Assembly (NCBI GenBank): GCA_944358705.1
Contig: CALVRR010000001.1
Location: forward strand, 40,050 to 104,049
DNA: 64,000 nucleotides
Direction of reading: 5' to 3'
DNA from: an uncultured Bacilli bacterium
GTDB lineage: Bacteria; Bacillota_I; Bacilli_A; RF39; UBA660
In this document: in pieces, positions 1 to 9,784 of the stretch
Layout of the letters: each line of letters starts with the position of its first letter
How positions within the stretch are numbered: the stretch's first letter is position 1
Notes under the pieces: generated by a model
Told to the model about the DNA's origin: nothing
Databases searched by the model: none
The model's input: the letters and a program-made list of their open reading frames with translations, nothing else
Program-made: the position numbers and the translations under genes

Positions 1-573
1 ACGGTTTCTTTTGTTGTTCCTTTGTTTGATAGTTATCACTTTTTATTATTTTTTTGTAGTGTTTTCGTCTATGTTTTGACAAAGATATCTGTTTCTAAAA
101 AGATTTGTTATTTATTTTTAGGATTAAGTATTTTCCTTTCGATTCTTAATTTTTATACTCATCAAGGTTTTTCTAGTAAAAGACTTCAATTTTTGCCTAA
201 TTTAGATTCTTATTTGGTTTCGCAACAGCAGTATAAAATTCTTTCGAATATGAATCAGGTCTTTTTAAAGTATTATGATGGAAAGAAAATTCCTGTAATA
301 TTATCTACTAAAAATAGTTTTATTTATGCTGGTAACGATTTGGATGTTAATTATTTTTTAGTTTTCTTACGTGGAAATTATGGGTATAATGGAATTAATA
401 AGTTAATCAATCGTGTAAAAAAATCTTCGGATATTTATATTATTCACGAAGGAGAATTAAAAGAGCTTGGTAGTCAGGGAGCATTTTTATATGAAGTGTG
501 CGATTATGTGATGAAAAATTTTACGTTGGTAGAGAAGGAAGGAGAGTTTTTGATATATGAAGCAAAAGATTAA
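1..573 (+). CDS. C-terminal part of a polytopic membrane protein, first of four tandem paralogs (putative GT-C / PMT_2-like glycosyltransferase); the 5' end lies upstream of the window
   Basis: Frame 1 is open from nt 1 to the stop at 573. C-terminal motif GNYGYNGINKLI..DIYII aligns with GNYGYDGISKII, GNLGYRGSQWLL and GNFGYDGSRQMI in the three downstream paralogs. Confidence 0.5.
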   Translation, partial: TVSFVVPLFDSYHFLLFFCSVFVYVLTKISVSKKICYLFLGLSIFLSILNFYTHQGFSSKRLQFLPNLDSYLVSQQQYKILSNMNQVFLKYYDGKKIPVILSTKNSFIYAGNDLDVNYFLVFLRGNYGYNGINKLINRVKKSSDIYIIHEGELKELGSQGAFLYEVCDYVMKNFTLVEKEGEFLIYEAKD

Positions 574-1912
574 GAAGAGAACTTTTTTTAAATATTTATT
601 TTTATTTCTATATTTTTTCTATGCCTTAGTACTTGCTTATAACTTGATACGTGGGGATAGTTATGTTAATTTTGGGTTTAGTTATGCGATTACTCGAGGA
701 GAAGTTCCTTATGTTGATTTTAATTTGGTGATTCCTCCTCTTGCCCCATGGTTGTATTCTATTTTACTGTTTTTCCGTTCTTCTATTTTAGTTTTTTATT
801 TAGAACAAGCTTTGTTACTTACTTTGTTTTTTGCTGTTATTTTTCGTTTGATTGGAAATAAGACCTGGATTTATTTTATTTTATTGTCGATTCCTTATCC
901 TATTGCGATGGTATCCGTTTTATTTCCAGGATATAATTTTTTACTTTTGTTTTTTCTAGTATTACTTTTCTATTGTGAAAAAAATAATAAGTCTGATTAT
1001 CTTATTGGTGTTTTATTAGGATGTAGTTTTTTAACGAAACAGACAGTAGGGGGATTACTTACCGTTGCGTCTATTTACTATTTGTTTAAGGATTATAAAA
1101 AAGTATTGAAAAGGGTTCTTGGATTTTTCCTTCCTGTTTCTCTTTGTGTTATTATTTTATTACTTCAGGGGAACTTTTCAGCCTTTTTAGATTTATGTTT
1201 TTTTGGTCTTTTTGATTTTGGATATAGTAATTTACATATTGATTGGTTTTACTTTGTTGTATTTGTTTTAGCAATGATAGTTCTTGTTGTTCGAATTATT
1301 AAAAAGCCAAGGGATATTTGCAATTATTATGTTTTACTTTTCGCTAGTTGTGTTTATCCTATTTTTGATTATTATCATGTTTCTTTGTTTTTAGCTGCTT
1401 TCTTTCTTTTAATTTTATTTGATGGTTCTATTCAAAGAAGTATTTATAAACATTGTATTTTCTTTGTTCTTGCTTTAAGTGTTATTTGGTTTGTTATACA
1501 AAATATGTATTTTGATGATTTACAGATTGTTCATTATCCAAACTTCGAATTTAGTCTACTTTCTGAAAGATATAGTAAGGGAGTTTCCAAATTGGATAAT
1601 TATTTGAATACTTTGGATGATGATGTTATTTATTTTTTAAGAGGTAGTGAAAATTATTTCTTTAAAATAAAGAGTAATTCAGATATTACTTATTTTGATT
1701 TGCCTAATTATGGTAATTATGGGTATGATGGTATATCGAAAATTATTTCTCGATTAAAGGACATTGAACATGGATATGTTGTTGTGGATTCGGATGCGTA
1801 TACTAGTAAGGATAGTGCACAACAATATGTTAAGGAAGCTGTTTCTTATATTATGAAACGTGGAAAAAAGGTTAAAACTATTGGTGTATATGAAGTTTAT
1901 CATTTTGAGTAG
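557..1912 (+). CDS. Polytopic membrane protein, paralog 2 (putative GT-C fold, ArnT/PMT_2-like glycosyltransferase)
   Basis: 451 aa with more than 10 hydrophobic segments. Shared motifs with paralogs: GEVPYVDFN near the N-terminus, LTKQTVG mid-protein, FGLFDF, and C-terminal soluble domain GNYGYDG. Overlaps the upstream paralog by 17 nt. Confidence 0.55.
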   Translation: MKQKIKKRTFFKYLFLFLYFFYALVLAYNLIRGDSYVNFGFSYAITRGEVPYVDFNLVIPPLAPWLYSILLFFRSSILVFYLEQALLLTLFFAVIFRLIGNKTWIYFILLSIPYPIAMVSVLFPGYNFLLLFFLVLLFYCEKNNKSDYLIGVLLGCSFLTKQTVGGLLTVASIYYLFKDYKKVLKRVLGFFLPVSLCVIILLLQGNFSAFLDLCFFGLFDFGYSNLHIDWFYFVVFVLAMIVLVVRIIKKPRDICNYYVLLFASCVYPIFDYYHVSLFLAAFFLLILFDGSIQRSIYKHCIFFVLALSVIWFVIQNMYFDDLQIVHYPNFEFSLLSERYSKGVSKLDNYLNTLDDDVIYFLRGSENYFFKIKSNSDITYFDLPNYGNYGYDGISKIISRLKDIEHGYVVVDSDAYTSKDSAQQYVKEAVSYIMKRGKKVKTIGVYEVYHFE

Positions 1913-1925
1913 AGGAGAAGTTTTT

Positions 1926-3260
1926 ATGGTAAAAAAAGTTGTCAAATATGTTTTTCTGTTTTTTATAATTCTTATTTTTAATTTAATTTGTTCACCTCTT
2001 AATTTGGATGAAGTATGGAATTATGGGTTTGCTAATAATATTTACCGGGGACTTGTTCCTTATGCTGATTTTAATATGGTTATTACACCTTTTTATCCTT
2101 GGTTTATGTCTTTACCATTTCATATCTTTGGTTCTAGTATGCTTGTTTTTCACATTACTAATGCTTTTATTTTAACAGGATGTCTCTTTTTGTTAGAAAA
2201 AATGTATCAAGATAAAATGTGGATATTCTTTTTGTTTTTCTTTTTCCCAGTTACTGCAGCTGCACCTAATTATAGTATTTTTCTATTTGTTTTGTTAGTT
2301 ATCCTTGTTTTTTTAGAGAAAAATTATGTTTCTCGTGATAGTAATCGTATTCATTATTTTATTGGTTTTTTGTTGGGGATTGCTGTTCTTACAAAGCAAA
2401 CGGTAGGGGTGTTTTTACTTGTTCCTAGTCTTGTTTTGTTTTGGAAAAATTGGAAAGTGTTAGGGAAGAGATTTCTTGGCTTTTTGATTCCTATTACTAT
2501 TTTTCTTATTTACTTATTTGTTACAGATAGTTTTTTCTCTTTTATTAATTTATGTTTGTTGGGATTGTTTGATTTTACTGAAAATAGTCGGATATTTAAT
2601 ATTTTTGGTTTGCTATTTTTATTTATGGTTCTTGTTACGATTTATTTTCTTTGGAAGGATAAAAAAAATATAATTCCTTATTATGTGTTATGTTTTTATA
2701 CAATTGTGATTCCAATTATTGATATTTATCATTTCTTTATCGCTTTTTTGGCTTTCTTGCTATTATTTTTATCTCATGTTCGTAAAACTTATTTTCACTA
2801 TTCTTTTTTAAGTATTATAGTTGTTTTTCTTATGGGAATTTTGTTAGCAAATTTTAATCAGTTTAATATTAAAAATTATCCTAATGATTTAAATCGTTTT
2901 CAGTATCGATATGTTCGCATGAGTAGTTATCAATTTACGAAGGAGGTTTTTGCTTATGTGAGGGAGCATGATGATAAAAATATTATGTATATGGTTCCTG
3001 ATGCTTATTATTTTAAAATTATTTTAGATCAAGATTGTGGGTATTTTGATTTGATTAATCAAGGAAATTTAGGTTATCGAGGTAGTCAGTGGTTATTAAA
3101 TAAAATAAAAAATATGGAGGATACTTTGTTTTTGATTGATCCTAGTGAATATGGTTCTGGGAATCAGATTGATCAAAAGGCACTCCAATACATTTTAGAT
3201 TATGGTACGAAAATAGATGAGGTTGGTTTTTATGAGGTGTATGTTTTAGAAGAGGAGTAA
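1926..3260 (+). CDS. Polytopic membrane protein, paralog 3 (putative GT-C-like glycosyltransferase)
   Basis: ATG at 1926 preceded by GAGGAGAAG; the ORF-track start at 1860 lies inside the previous gene. Motifs GLVPYADFN, LTKQTVG, LGLFDF, GNLGYRG. Confidence 0.55.
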   Translation: MVKKVVKYVFLFFIILIFNLICSPLNLDEVWNYGFANNIYRGLVPYADFNMVITPFYPWFMSLPFHIFGSSMLVFHITNAFILTGCLFLLEKMYQDKMWIFFLFFFFPVTAAAPNYSIFLFVLLVILVFLEKNYVSRDSNRIHYFIGFLLGIAVLTKQTVGVFLLVPSLVLFWKNWKVLGKRFLGFLIPITIFLIYLFVTDSFFSFINLCLLGLFDFTENSRIFNIFGLLFLFMVLVTIYFLWKDKKNIIPYYVLCFYTIVIPIIDIYHFFIAFLAFLLLFLSHVRKTYFHYSFLSIIVVFLMGILLANFNQFNIKNYPNDLNRFQYRYVRMSSYQFTKEVFAYVREHDDKNIMYMVPDAYYFKIILDQDCGYFDLINQGNLGYRGSQWLLNKIKNMEDTLFLIDPSEYGSGNQIDQKALQYILDYGTKIDEVGFYEVYVLEEE

Positions 3261-3263
3261 TTT

Positions 3264-4589
3264 ATGAAGAAATGGATTCGTTATATAGTTATTTTTATCT
3301 TTGTTTTTTGTAGTTATGAATTTTTTGGCTTTCCTAATATGTATGGAGATCCAATTAATAATTATATGTTTAGTCATGCCATTGTTATGGGGGAGGTACC
3401 TTATTTAGATTTTAATACGATATCTACGCCGTTATATGCATTTTTAATGGCAATAGGATTATTGTTTTTTGATAATTACTTGATGTTTGTTATTGAACAA
3501 AGTTTACTTGTTACTATTATGTTTTATTTTTTATTTGAATTATATGGAAAAAAGTGTTATTTGGTATTATTAGTTATTTGTTTATTTGCTTTTTTTGGTA
3601 TTAATGCCACTTATAATTTTCTAGCGTTGTTTTTTCTAGTCATTCTTTTATATTTGGAAAAAAAATATTCAGAAAAAGATTATCTTATAGGGTTTGTGAT
3701 AGGATGTACTATCTTAAGTAAGCATACTATTGGGTGTTTATTATTCTTACCATCTTTATTCTATTATTTTAAAGATATTAAAAAAATTGGGAAAAGAATT
3801 GTGGGAATTCTTATACCATGTACTATCTTTTTTATTTATTTATTGGTAAATAATGCTGTTTATCCTTTTATTAATCTTTGTTTCTTGGGATTGTTTGATT
3901 TTTCTTCTAAGAATGGAAATGTTTTTTCTGTTTATGTTTTGTTTAGTCTTGTTTTATTCTTGATTCAATTCTTTATTACTATAAAGAAGAAAAATGATAT
4001 TCGAAATTGTTATTTGATGATGGGAATAGCTTTTATGATTCCACTTTTTGATTTTCAACATTTTGCGATTTATATGATTTGTTTTGTTATTCAACTTTTA
4101 CCGTTTTTACAATATAGAGAGGATTATTTTGGAAATGTTGCCGCTATTTGTTCTGTTGTTGTTAGTATTTTTCTTTTTATAAATTATTGTATTTTATTAA
4201 AACCAGTATTTTCAACGGAACTTTCTCACTTTCAATATAGTTTAGTTAGTCGTTTTGATTATTCAAAATCGTTAGAAGCGTATGATTTTTTTGATCGATA
4301 TGAAAATAAATTGTTACTTACTTATTCGAGTGTTCCTTATGATGTTAGTAGAGATTATCCTATTACTTATTTTAATATTTTTATGAAGGGAAATTTTGGA
4401 TATGATGGAAGTCGTCAAATGATAGAGAAAATTCAGAATATGGAAAACATTTATATTATTGTTGATATGAGACAATATCAAATTCGTTCTATTTATAATC
4501 AATATGATAAGACGATTGTTAAATATGTTATTGATCATTATGAGAAAGTAGATACTTGGAAGGATTTTGTAGTTTATTATAAAAATTAA
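3264..4589 (+). CDS. Polytopic membrane protein, paralog 4 (putative GT-C-like glycosyltransferase)
   Basis: Starts 4 nt after the paralog 3 stop, with GAAGAGGAG upstream. Motifs GEVPYLDFN, LSKHTIG, LGLFDF, GNFGYDG. Confidence 0.55.
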   Translation: MKKWIRYIVIFIFVFCSYEFFGFPNMYGDPINNYMFSHAIVMGEVPYLDFNTISTPLYAFLMAIGLLFFDNYLMFVIEQSLLVTIMFYFLFELYGKKCYLVLLVICLFAFFGINATYNFLALFFLVILLYLEKKYSEKDYLIGFVIGCTILSKHTIGCLLFLPSLFYYFKDIKKIGKRIVGILIPCTIFFIYLLVNNAVYPFINLCFLGLFDFSSKNGNVFSVYVLFSLVLFLIQFFITIKKKNDIRNCYLMMGIAFMIPLFDFQHFAIYMICFVIQLLPFLQYREDYFGNVAAICSVVVSIFLFINYCILLKPVFSTELSHFQYSLVSRFDYSKSLEAYDFFDRYENKLLLTYSSVPYDVSRDYPITYFNIFMKGNFGYDGSRQMIEKIQNMENIYIIVDMRQYQIRSIYNQYDKTIVKYVIDHYEKVDTWKDFVVYYKN

Positions 4590-4656
4590 ATTATTAAAAC
4601 GCTTGGCGTTTTTTTTCTTTTATAGTATAATTGTTTTTAGGATGGGAGATGCGTTC

Positions 4657-5892
4657 ATGAGTCAAGTATATACTGGAATTGAATTGGGTACGGATAGTAT
4701 TAAAGTTGTTGTACTAGAAAAACTTCATAATAAGTTTCATGTTTTAGCATCTGTTCATAGTCCTAGCGATGGTATTTCGAAGGGACAAGTTGTAGATATT
4801 AAGAAGTGTGTTTCTAGCGTACGTGTTGCTTTAAAAAGAGTAAATGATATGTTGGGAATTAAGATTATAAAAGTGATTGCTGTAGTACCACCAACTGGAT
4901 GTATGTTAGATATTGCAGTTGGGTCTGTAGATGTTATGAATTCTTCTGGTATTACTGGAGGAGATGTTAGTCGAGTGTTAAAGGATTCTTTGGTTGGGAA
5001 AATTCCAGAGGATTCTGAACTTGTAACGGCGATTCCTATTAATTTTACTGTAGATGAAGAGGAAAATATTAAAGATCCTAAGGGAATGAGAGGAGCAATT
5101 TTAGAGACTAGGGTTGTTATTGCGACACTTCCTAAAGAACCTCTTTATCGATTCTTAGAAGTTTTAAAGTTAAGTGGTTTAGAAACTTTGGATATTGCAT
5201 TTACTTCTACTGGAGATTATTATGCAGTACGTAGTAGTAGACTTCAGAAGGAAGTAGGGGCAATTATTAATATTGGAGAAGAAATTACCAATGTTTCTAT
5301 TTTTAATAAGGGTATTCAGATTAAAAATGCTACTATTCCTATTGGAAGTCATAATGTTGATCGGGATATTTCTTATATTTTTAAAATAAAAGAGGCGGAT
5401 TCTAGGCGATTAAAAGAACAATTTGCTGTTAGTATGCAGTCTTATGCCGATAGTAATGATATGGTTGAAGTTCCTGTTGGAAATGATAAAAAAGAGATTT
5501 CTCAGGTGGGTATTTCTAAAGTTGTAGAAGCTAGGCTTGAAGAAATTCTCAATTTAGCAAAAAAAGAGATAAAAAACTTAACAAATAGAGAAATACGTTA
5601 TATAATAGTTACAGGTGGCCTTAGTGAGTTGGCTGGATTTCAGTATTTGGTAGAGTCTGTTTTTGGTCTTCAAGCTAAGGTTTGTAATATTAGTACAATG
5701 GGTCTAAGACATAATCGATATAGTAGTGTAATTGGCGCAGTACAATATTTTGATGATAAAATGTCTTTACGTGGGAAAGATGTCAGTATGATATCAGAAA
5801 GTGATGCTCAAACATTGATGTCGCCTGAGGATAAGACAATAAATAGTGATAATATTATTAGTAAAGTGTTTGGACATTTTTTTGATAACTAA
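4657..5892 (+). CDS. ftsA: Cell division protein FtsA
   Basis: MSQVYTGIELGTDSIKVVV actin-like N-terminus, GGLSEL and overall FtsA layout, immediately upstream of ftsZ. ATG at 4657 follows GGGAGA; the ORF-track start at 4603 adds an implausible FFFF leader. Confidence 0.9.
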   Translation: MSQVYTGIELGTDSIKVVVLEKLHNKFHVLASVHSPSDGISKGQVVDIKKCVSSVRVALKRVNDMLGIKIIKVIAVVPPTGCMLDIAVGSVDVMNSSGITGGDVSRVLKDSLVGKIPEDSELVTAIPINFTVDEEENIKDPKGMRGAILETRVVIATLPKEPLYRFLEVLKLSGLETLDIAFTSTGDYYAVRSSRLQKEVGAIINIGEEITNVSIFNKGIQIKNATIPIGSHNVDRDISYIFKIKEADSRRLKEQFAVSMQSYADSNDMVEVPVGNDKKEISQVGISKVVEARLEEILNLAKKEIKNLTNREIRYIIVTGGLSELAGFQYLVESVFGLQAKVCNISTMGLRHNRYSSVIGAVQYFDDKMSLRGKDVSMISESDAQTLMSPEDKTINSDNIISKVFGHFFDN

Positions 5893-5904
5893 GGAGGACT
5901 AGGT

Positions 5905-7020
5905 ATGATAGGTGGATTAGAATTAGATCAATTAGCCAAGATTAAAGTTATTGGTTTAGGTGGCGGCGGTGGAAACGCTGTTAATAGAATGGTAGAATCA
6001 GGTGTTAAAGGTGTTGAATTTATTGCTGCAAATACGGACTTGCAAGTATTAAATTCTTCTAAAGCAGATGTTAAGATTCAAATTGGTGCGTCTTTAACGG
6101 ATGGACTTGGTGCCGGAGCAAAACCAGAAATAGGTAAGGAAGCTGCGGTTGAGTCTAAGAAAGAAATTGAGGATGCTTTGGCTGGTGCGGATATGGTATT
6201 TATCACTTGTGGAATGGGTGGTGGTACTGGTACTGGTGCTGCTCCTATTGTTGCAGAGATTGCCCAGGGGTTAGGTGCTCTTACGGTTGCTATTGTTACG
6301 AAACCATTCTCTTTTGAAGGAAAGCGTCGTATGGACAATGCTTTGAAAGGAATTGAAGAATTAAAACAACATGTTGATACGTTAATTATTATTCCAAATG
6401 ATCGTTTGAGAGAAATTATCGATAAGACTACACCAATGCTTGAAGCATTTAAAGAAGTTGATAATGTACTTCGTCGAGGTGTTCAATCTATTTCTGATTT
6501 GATTGCTGTTGTTGGACTTGTTAACTTGGACTTTGCTGATGTCAAAGCGGTTATGGAAAAGAGTGGTCATGCTATTATCGGTATTGGTATTGGTATGGGA
6601 GAAGACAGAGCTATTGAAGCAGCAAAACAAGCAGTGTCTTCACCACTTCTTGAAACTTCTATTACAGGAGCAACAGATGCTATTATCAATATTACTGGTG
6701 GAGTTAATTTAACGTTATTTGAAGCAGAACAAGCTGCTGAAGTTGTACGTAATGCAGCAAATACGGATATTAATACTATTTTCGGTTCTGTAATTAATGA
6801 GAATTTATCTGATGAAGTCATTGTTACTGTTATTGCTACTGGATTTGATAAGAAAGCTGCACAACCAGAAGTAAAAGAACCAATATTTAGTAATGCTGCA
6901 CCATCGAGAAGAAGTGCTCCAATAAATGAAAATGTACCAGAGATGTTAGATTCTGATGATTCTTCTTCCGATGATGGAGATTTTGATTTACCACCTTTCT
7001 TAAGAGATAGAAATTATTAA
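5905..7020 (+). CDS. ftsZ: Cell division GTPase FtsZ
   Basis: Tubulin signature [32 protein letters not shown], and a C-terminal DFDLPPFLR peptide. Strong RBS TAAGGAGG. Confidence 0.97.
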   Translation: MIGGLELDQLAKIKVIGLGGGGGNAVNRMVESGVKGVEFIAANTDLQVLNSSKADVKIQIGASLTDGLGAGAKPEIGKEAAVESKKEIEDALAGADMVFITCGMGGGTGTGAAPIVAEIAQGLGALTVAIVTKPFSFEGKRRMDNALKGIEELKQHVDTLIIIPNDRLREIIDKTTPMLEAFKEVDNVLRRGVQSISDLIAVVGLVNLDFADVKAVMEKSGHAIIGIGIGMGEDRAIEAAKQAVSSPLLETSITGATDAIINITGGVNLTLFEAEQAAEVVRNAANTDINTIFGSVINENLSDEVIVTVIATGFDKKAAQPEVKEPIFSNAAPSRRSAPINENVPEMLDSDDSSSDDGDFDLPPFLRDRNY

Positions 7021-7021
7021 T

Positions 7022-7056
7022 AAAAGTTCACAAATATTGTGAACTTTTTTTCTTTT
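7022..7056 (+). terminator. Rho-independent terminator after ftsZ
   Basis: Stem AAAAGTTCACA / TGTGAACTTTT with loop AATAT, followed by a T-run. Confidence 0.8.
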
Positions 7057-7094
7057 TTAGTGTATACTTTATTTATAGAAAGGATGAGTAATTT

Positions 7095-7259
7095 ATGGGA
7101 ATACCTAATATGCATACTACTATTGATTATGAAAAATTAATTGAATTGCAAGCAAAAGCTGTAGAGGGGAGAATTTTACCAGAAAATCAACCTTCTCGTG
7201 GAAAAATAAGACAAAAGAGTAGACCAGTAAGGAAAAATATGGGTCCTATAAAAAAATAA
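7095..7259 (+). CDS. Small basic hypothetical protein (54 aa), not in the ORF track
   Basis: ATG preceded by GAAAGGATGAG. Open frame MGIPNMHTTIDYEKLIELQAKAVEGRILPENQPSRGKIRQKSRPVRKNMGPIKK ending in TAA at 7257-7259. No family recognised. Confidence 0.3.
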   Translation: MGIPNMHTTIDYEKLIELQAKAVEGRILPENQPSRGKIRQKSRPVRKNMGPIKK

Positions 7260-7305
7260 AAGAATTGTAAATAATTTAACAATCCTTTTATTTTTTTTAA
7301 TTATT

Positions 7306-8208
7306 TTAATATTTTTTATTTACATACTTTCCTTTGTTTTCTACTGCTCTTATCATTTGCGCTAATAGATTTAATGCAATTTGTTCTGTTTTTCTGTCTT
7401 GATCTCTAAGTGGATTAAATTCTACTAAATCGTAAGATACTACTTGATCTAAATGTTTCATAATTAATTCATTGATTTTCATAGCTTCTTCTTCGGTAAT
7501 TCCATCGAATTCTGGGATGGATACTCCTGGAGCTACTTCTGGATCAATTAAATCAAGATCATAACTTATATGAATACCTCTGGTTTTTTCTCCTGCAATT
7601 TTAAATGCTTCTTCTACGACGTTTTCTAAACCTTTTTCTCTGATATCGTCGGTTGTAAATACGGTGATACCAGAATATTTAATATTATCTTTTTCCCAGT
7701 CGTCGATACTTCTTGCTCCTACGACTACTGTTTTTGCTGGTTGAATAATATTACCATCATGAAAATATCTTAATTCATGATTTTTATACCCTGTGATTGC
7801 AGCTAGAGGTAGACCGTGAATATTTCCACTAACGGTTGTTTCATAAGTATTATAATCGGTATGAGCATCAAACCAGATAATGCCTATATTATCATGTACT
7901 TTTGCACTGGCTAGAGCACTAGCGACTGCAACGGAATGATCTCCTCCAACGGTTATTGGAAAATAACCTTCTTTTTCTTTTTCTAGAATTACTTTGTATA
8001 ATTCTGTGTTGAATTTATCGATTTCATATTCATTTTTTCTACGATCTGATAAATTTCTACTTTTAATAATATTTTCATTTTGAATTAAGGAGAAACTTTC
8101 CCCTTTATAAAAACTTTTTAAATCGTTCATTAGTTGAACAGGACCTAAATGAGCACCATCAATGTGAACACCTAAATCACTACCTGCACCTACTATAAAT
8201 GTCTTCAT
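7306..8208 (-). CDS. rocF: Arginase (ureohydrolase family)
   Basis: Mn-binding motifs GGDHSVA, DAHTDYNT, SGNIHGLPLA and SYDLDLIDP closely resemble Bacillus RocF. ATG at 8208 sits 8 nt after AGAGGG; the GTG at 8217 lies within that RBS. Confidence 0.85.
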   Translation of the reverse strand: MKTFIVGAGSDLGVHIDGAHLGPVQLMNDLKSFYKGESFSLIQNENIIKSRNLSDRRKNEYEIDKFNTELYKVILEKEKEGYFPITVGGDHSVAVASALASAKVHDNIGIIWFDAHTDYNTYETTVSGNIHGLPLAAITGYKNHELRYFHDGNIIQPAKTVVVGARSIDDWEKDNIKYSGITVFTTDDIREKGLENVVEEAFKIAGEKTRGIHISYDLDLIDPEVAPGVSIPEFDGITEEEAMKINELIMKHLDQVVSYDLVEFNPLRDQDRKTEQIALNLLAQMIRAVENKGKYVNKKY

Positions 8209-8309
8209 AAATTTCACCCTCTTACATTTTAGAATAAATCCTCTAATATATCAAGAAAAAGTCTTTTTTTTTAGAATTCTTTACTGTATAATTATCTTGG
8301 GTGAAGTAT

Positions 8310-9758
8310 ATGAAAAAGTTAAGTGAATTATATCCTGGAGTTAGTCAGGATGCTTTGATAAAATCTATTAAGATTAATTCAAAAGAATGTAAAGAAGGAG
8401 ATTTATTTGTTTGTACGATGGGAGTTACTGCTGATCGTCATGACTTTATTGATGATGCTATTAAACATGGTGCTAGTGCTATTGTTGTTAGTCGTGATGT
8501 TAATGAAACACGTGTACCAGTGGTAAAAGTTCCAGATACGAATCGAGAACTTCCTTATTTATGTCAAAAATTTTATGATTATCCAGATCATGATTTAAAA
8601 ATCTTGGGTATTACTGGTACCGATGGAAAGACTTCTACGGCTACTATTATGCAAACATTAATTGGAAGTGATGTTTGTGGATATATTGGTACGAATGGTA
8701 GAGGTTGTGCTAAATTTACAGGTGATAATCCAAATACTACTCCTGATACCGATTTACTTTACGCTTACTTTCGTGAGTTTTTAGATTGTGGTTGTAAGTA
8801 TGTTGCGATGGAAGCTAGTAGTGAGGCCTTTTATCGTAATCGATTGAATACCTTCCAATTTGATTTAAGTGTTTATACTAATATCACTTCTGAGCATTTA
8901 AATATTCATGGCACTTTTGAAAATTATGTCGAGTGTAAGTTGCAATTGTTTAAACAGACAAAGAAAGATGGGTATTGTGTATTAAACATGGATGATCCTT
9001 ATTATGAGCGTGTAAGAGAGGCTTGTAATGGAAAAGTAGTTACGTATGGAAAAGGGGATACAGCTGACTTACAAATTGTTGATTATAAGGTTTATCCAAC
9101 GCATACGTTAATTCATTATAAATACAAAGGTGAGGTTATTGAAATTGATAGTCCATTACTAGGAGATTTTAATGTATATAACTTGGCTGCTGGACTTTTA
9201 GCAACACTTTGTGTTGGAATTCCTTTGGAGCAAGCAGTTTCTCGTATTCCAAATATTAAAGTTAATGGTCGACTTGATTTACTTTCTACTAATACTCCAT
9301 ATTATGTTATGGTTGATTATGCTCATACTCCTAATGGTATTACGAAACTTTTAAATTTCGTTCATACCTTGGATATTAATCGTAGTATTGTTGTTATTGG
9401 TCAGGCAGGGGAGAGAGATTATATTAAGCGTCCACAAGTAGGAGAAGTAGTTGTAAAAAATGCAACTCATGCTATTTTTACTTATGAGGACCCTAGAAGT
9501 GAAGATCCAGAGGTTATTTGTCAGGATATTATTAAAACAATTAAAGATACCTATCATAACTATGAAATTGTTATTGATCGACGTGAAGCCATTCAAAAAG
9601 CGATTGATATGGCAGAAGAGAAGGATATGGTTTTAATTCTTGGAAAAGGAAATGAAACTTATCAAAAATTAAAGACAGAAACGATTTACTTTAATGATGA
9701 AGAAGAAGCTTATCAAGCGGTTGCTAATCGAAAAATGCGTGAAGGAGTTCTTAATTAG
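8310..9758 (+). CDS. murE: UDP-N-acetylmuramoyl-L-alanyl-D-glutamate--diamino acid ligase MurE
   Basis: Mur ligase P-loop GITGTDGKTST, DNPNTTPD, VDYAHTP and C-terminal EDPRSEDP (DNPR-like, suggesting a meso-DAP type). Confidence 0.9.
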   Translation: MKKLSELYPGVSQDALIKSIKINSKECKEGDLFVCTMGVTADRHDFIDDAIKHGASAIVVSRDVNETRVPVVKVPDTNRELPYLCQKFYDYPDHDLKILGITGTDGKTSTATIMQTLIGSDVCGYIGTNGRGCAKFTGDNPNTTPDTDLLYAYFREFLDCGCKYVAMEASSEAFYRNRLNTFQFDLSVYTNITSEHLNIHGTFENYVECKLQLFKQTKKDGYCVLNMDDPYYERVREACNGKVVTYGKGDTADLQIVDYKVYPTHTLIHYKYKGEVIEIDSPLLGDFNVYNLAAGLLATLCVGIPLEQAVSRIPNIKVNGRLDLLSTNTPYYVMVDYAHTPNGITKLLNFVHTLDINRSIVVIGQAGERDYIKRPQVGEVVVKNATHAIFTYEDPRSEDPEVICQDIIKTIKDTYHNYEIVIDRREAIQKAIDMAEEKDMVLILGKGNETYQKLKTETIYFNDEEEAYQAVANRKMREGVLN

Positions 9759-9784
9759 AACTCTTTTTATTTTCATTTCTTAAA

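Noticed and set aside
1860-1925. N-terminal extensions suggested by the ORF track. Examples are 1860, 4603, 8217, 8301, 9785, 10183, 11489, 16578, 18941, 19419, 21167, 29864, 38321, 39854, 41336, 44253, 47862, 48783, 53854, 58132 and 59192.
   Set aside because: The extensions overlap upstream genes, terminators or promoter boxes. An internal start with a properly spaced AGGAG/GGTGA-type RBS matches the conserved N-terminus of the family.
1754-1945. Minus-strand 63-aa ORF. The same class includes 4314-4538, 6078-6338, 6382-6630, 6567-6821, 9351-9596, 11110-11343, 18058-18261, 22604-22798, 22980-23300, 23362-23559, 26210-26428, 28545-28739, 29822-30010, 30287-30472, 30573-30793, 36687-36881, 37077-37343, 41801-41983, 46014-46250, 46425-46703, 61366-61575 and 62122-62322.
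   Set aside because: Each lies entirely antisense within a longer, well-supported CDS. They have no RBS and a low-complexity Ile/Asn/Phe/Ser-rich composition, as expected from reading AT-rich coding DNA on the wrong strand.
6503-6712. Same-strand, out-of-frame internal ORFs. Others are at 11153-11347, 32036-32221, 37087-37308, 44389-44634, 47452-47637, 54888-55088, 57886-58119, 62210-62392 and 63769-63999.
   Set aside because: They are embedded in alternative frames of confident genes (ftsZ, VanW, pilin, PBP, MPE, ftsK and others), have no RBS and have Leu-rich low-complexity translations.
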